Assembly (NCBI GenBank): GCA_012295275.1
Contig: CM022665.1
Span: 28,644,001 to 28,708,000 of the forward strand
DNA: 64,000 bases
Source: Chrysomallon squamiferum
Lineage: Eukaryota; Animalia; Mollusca
Reading direction: 5' to 3'
Part shown: piece by piece, positions 59,994 through 64,000 of the stretch
Numbering within the stretch: the stretch's first letter is position 1
How the letters are laid out: each line of letters begins with the position of its first letter
The notes under the pieces: model-generated
Seen by the model: only the letters and a program-made list of their open reading frames with translations
What the model was told of the DNA's origin: nothing
The model's database searches: none
Made by a program: the position numbers and the translations under genes

Positions 59994-61043
59994 ATGGCTG
60001 AACAACTAATAGAAGAAACACAAAGATCTAAATCTACCTTAGTTATAAGTCTACAAGATCAGTGTCGAAAAACTATTTTAAAATGTGTGACATTATCGCG
60101 GATCCAAGAAGTTTTAGATCTTCCTTTGCCTGCGGTAATTCAGGATTTTTTGATGAGTTTTAGCATTCCAGAAGACTTTGATTTAACTGGTATGTATGTG
60201 GATTACAATTTTAATTTTCCATACCATTTACACCACAGGACACATCAGATTCACCCTGGCGTGTTTTTATTAGACGGTACAAATGTGTTGATAAAATCTT
60301 ACAGTGATCTGCCTTGCAATATGTGTGGAAACGAAGGAAGTAAAGGAGATGACAAGAAAACGCGGGAAATTTGGCGTACGGTAAAACATGATAATCTACA
60401 GAATTGTTTGTTAACAATCCGAGATCCTAACAAAAACTTCGAATGCACTGTGTTTGAATTTCCAGTAATGAACTTACAAGACTATGCATACAACGTTTAT
60501 TTAGCAGGAAATCACGTGCCGGAGTATTTAGTGTGGGAAATCCTGTTGAAGTTAACAACAGTGTTGCTATATTTAGACGCTAAGAATGTTGAACCGTGGG
60601 ATCTCTGCAAACCAGAAAATATTGTTATTGACGAGCGGGGACAAATAAAGATAGAAAACTTGTTGCTGTATTATCCAGCTAAAAAGCCTTTCAGACCTCT
60701 GGATAATGTCGCATTCTCGAAAATGTACCAAGCTCCTGAATTAGCATTTACAAACAATGTGACAGACAAAACTGCTGTTTGGGGCATTGGGAGTATTTTG
60801 CTAGAGCTAGTATTGCCTGTCCCCATTGTTCTGCTGAAAAACCGCGGGAGTTTTCATTTCCCGCCACTTCTGCCATACGGGAGCTATTATTCATCTCGGC
60901 TACATAGCGTGATCCTTTCCAGTATGAAAAGCCAGCCCCATTTACGACCATGTTTAAGAAGTCTTCAGACGCTGGCGAAACAGGAAATAAAACAACTTAA
61001 TGATATTTACACCGGTCCACGTAACTTGCTGCAGTTCATTTAA
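59994..61043 (+). CDS. Intronless N-terminal SOCS-box + NEK-like pseudokinase protein (~349 aa)
   Basis: Uninterrupted ORF from ATG 59994 (ccgATGg). BC box ISLQDQCRKTIL and Cul5 box LPLPAVIQDFL, then kinase-fold motifs VLIK, KHDNL, VFEF, PWDLCKPENI, IKIENL, YQAPEL, TAVWGIGSILLEL, YSSRL..HLRP. Confidence 0.85.
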   Translation: MAEQLIEETQRSKSTLVISLQDQCRKTILKCVTLSRIQEVLDLPLPAVIQDFLMSFSIPEDFDLTGMYVDYNFNFPYHLHHRTHQIHPGVFLLDGTNVLIKSYSDLPCNMCGNEGSKGDDKKTREIWRTVKHDNLQNCLLTIRDPNKNFECTVFEFPVMNLQDYAYNVYLAGNHVPEYLVWEILLKLTTVLLYLDAKNVEPWDLCKPENIVIDERGQIKIENLLLYYPAKKPFRPLDNVAFSKMYQAPELAFTNNVTDKTAVWGIGSILLELVLPVPIVLLKNRGSFHFPPLLPYGSYYSSRLHSVILSSMKSQPHLRPCLRSLQTLAKQEIKQLNDIYTGPRNLLQFI

Positions 61044-63059
61044 AAACTACTATGACGAATACTTTACAACAATGTTATACAAAGAGACCACCCTGTAGTT
61101 GTTTGTCAAAGGCGAGCGGAAAGGTATTAAGAGCTGACTCGGAAATTTCACGTTCGAAGTTTCTTGTATCTATATTGATCATTACTCTTACAGTGCCTTA
61201 TAATATTATTAGTATTTAGGTAATATTTACCGTTTAATATTGTTTGTATTTAGGTAATATTTACCGTTTTTATTAATGGGAATTAGAAATTTACAAAAAA
61301 AAAAAAAAAAAAAAGCATTCCAAGAAAATTCAAAAACATTGAAACAAGTTCTTAGGAACAGACATTAGGTACAATAATGATTCCAAAATTCAAATCGGGT
61401 TACTTTTAAGTATCGTAATGTGAATTTCATTTTAGTTATTCATTTGTTTTACTTATGTCTTTTTCATTTTTATTATTGTGAATCATTGTGCCTTAAAACA
61501 AAATATATATAATAATAATAATAATAATAATTTACGGAGTGCCTCAAAATAAATCAACAAATTGTGTTACAAATTTAAACAATCAAAACACTTTTTAAAG
61601 TGATTTTTTTTTTTATTGTTACACATTTGTAGTTAAGATAATTTTTTAAGAAATGATTTGCAATATACATGATCCTATATTCAAAATGTGTAGGTGAAAT
61701 TTTATATACATTTGTTATATCCTCTACGTAATTTCATGTTAGTGTTAACCTCTGCCATGTATGTCTTTTATGTTCATTACAATTAGCGCCGTCGACGTTA
61801 GGCCCAAACCTTTGTGTGTATGTCAAGGTATTATTACCTTATCAAGCAGTCAATACATAGGTTTCCATGGTGATGAAATGTCTTAGTGCAGGCAACTGCA
61901 TTAGATACAACATACCTGTGGACATTTTGAAATTAGTTCGATACACAGAAACGACTGAGGGTCTTTGTGTATTGAATTTACAATATATTACTTTGTTTTT
62001 GATATTTGATATATATTTTATACTGTAAAATATAGGTAACTGTAGTTGTAACCTATTACTAAAAAATGCATTCACGTGTGCCTTTTCTCTGTATATAATT
62101 AATGCATAATATTGCAGGTTTATTATGGATATTTTTAATGAAGAAATGTAAATTATATAGAATACTTTACAAATATTACAATCTGGTATAAAGTCAGAGA
62201 ATTTTTAGAATGGTTTTATCTTAAAACGTCGAATCGCCAAAAACATATAGTTTTGTAAAAAGATAGGGGGATGTGTATAAACCGTCCATTATTTTAAAAA
62301 TACTGATTGATGTTATTTGATCTCTGATTAAAAACAATTAAAAAAAAAAAAAAAATAAATAAATAAATAAATAAATAAAAAGAGAGGGAAGAAATTAACA
62401 ATAATAATAATAAATCAGATAGGTAACTGATGATTTCAAGAATCGTTGTTATATACCGTTCAAAATAAATTAGGCGAATTTTGAAACCAAGCTGTTGACG
62501 CGTTAACATTATCTCCCGGTAAAGCGAGTTTCCAAAGAGCATCATATGGTTAAAATTTCCGAAGTACACATGGCTGCCAATTAATTGAATGTTTATAAAA
62601 TCTATCATCAGCGAGACGCTGTGTTGTTCTTTTTCCTGCGCTGCATTCACTGTATACTATCCATCGGGTCATACTTTTTTTGTAATTATAAGACAAGATT
62701 TTAATTCAGTTTACAAATTTAGAAGAAAAATTTGTATCTTGTTTTCGGTTTACCTTTTTTTTTTTGAAATATTATTATATGAAATTCTAGATTGTTATGA
62801 TTTATGTAATATAATGCTAGATTTTGATTTATCTTCTTCAGTTTTAGCATTTTGTCCTTATTTACTGACGTGCGTTTCAAACACGTGTATGATTATGAAT
62901 ATTTTATAAACCTAGTTTAAGAGTATTGTTTTACGCTTTCCAAAAACTTTTTTGTAACACTTACCTGGCAGTTTACATTTAATTAATCATTTAATACGAC
63001 GTATTCCGAAAACTGTAATACTTTTCTTTTAATACCATTAAAATGGGTTGAAAAACAAA

Positions 63060-63387
63060 GCTGAAAATCTGAGAAAGAGAATTTGCCGCGGGACGGCAGA
63101 TGTAGTGATCTGTGAGTATGATTGGGCTAAATGATCTCCCCACTGCTAGGATTAATGCGACAGGTTCACCTAGATCAGTACGTCAGTGTCTGGTTTGTAC
63201 TCGGCTATAGGGCTCCACGGTTCTCGATCTTAATAAAGAGTAACGTGCCGAAACAGGTCTGCTTTTCTTTAACTTTCTTCTGTCAGTGTGAGGGGTTAAT
63301 TAACATCTACGTGCTGCTCTATACCTGTCGCTATCAATTCGTATACATTCAAGTGTATTGTAGGATATCCAGGCTGCTGCCCAGACG
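63060..63387 (+). promoter_or_regulatory. GC/CpG-enriched island, possibly the promoter or non-coding first exon of the next gene
   Basis: Abrupt GC rise, reverse CCAAT (attgg, 63121), CRE-like TACGTCA (~63179), ending at a candidate donor gac|GTAATT before AT-rich sequence. Confidence 0.3.
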
Positions 63388-64000
63388 TAATTAGTTATTA
63401 ATTTAAAAAATATATATATATACCTATATATGAAATAGAAATACAGAAATTATAAAATACGATTTACACAGATTAAGAATTTGAATTCAGTGGTCTTTCG
63501 TTTTTTTTTTGTTTTTTTTTAATATATGTTTATAAATCTTTATTATTATTTTAGAATGCATTTTGATATCGATTTACAAGTGATCTTATTCCTTCTTATT
63601 TATTTGTTGTTTCAAATACTGAATGATAAAACCAGTACATTTTGTATATTCGTATAACTACAATTTAAAAAAAAAAAAAAAAAATCAATCAAAATTATAT
63701 AAATTATTTTAACATCTTTTATTTTGTATTTTGTATTTTTTAATCATTGTTTAAAAAGAAAGCAGAATTGTCTTAATGGACGATTATTGCTGTTATTATA
63801 ACTAAACTGTTTCATTTCGACCAAATACTGATATTCATGCACCAAAACACGAATATTTGTATTAATAAGAATTGCACGTTTAAAATAATTTTGTATTCAG
63901 TAAACATTTTCTGTGCATTTTTCTGTTACTTATTTGTATTTATGTAATAATTGATAATAAGTGCATTACACACTGAACACGTAATTATTTTATATTCAAT

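Overview
AT-rich, intron-rich animal genomic DNA (probably a gastropod mollusc, inferred from the decayed repeat families), not a prokaryotic window. Most ORF-track entries are microsatellite or intronic noise. Hand-spliced gene models give six protein-coding loci: (1) the 3' end of an FN3 single-pass membrane protein (+, 418-2163); (2) UTP25/DIEXF (-, 21 coding exons, 18987-8273), containing one clear U12-type minor intron; (3) a single-RRM RBM4/lark-like RNA-binding protein (+, 21555-24956) with candidate poison exons; (4) a type II membrane protein with two tandem divergent METTL24/FkbM-like domains (+, 28284-32188); (5) spastin (-, 16 coding exons, 59514-39614) with an overlapping uORF and an internal Met resembling the human M1/M87 arrangement; (6) an intronless gene head-to-head with spastin encoding an N-terminal SOCS box fused to a NEK-like pseudokinase (+, 59994-61043). 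Locus 6 is the most novel-looking item, a putative Elongin BC/Cullin-5 E3 substrate receptor. Mobile DNA includes a decayed hAT (SPIN/Buster/GTF2IRD2-like) element, a decayed Tc1/mariner element, two MITEs and SINE remnants. All family assignments come from motif recognition; no database search was run.
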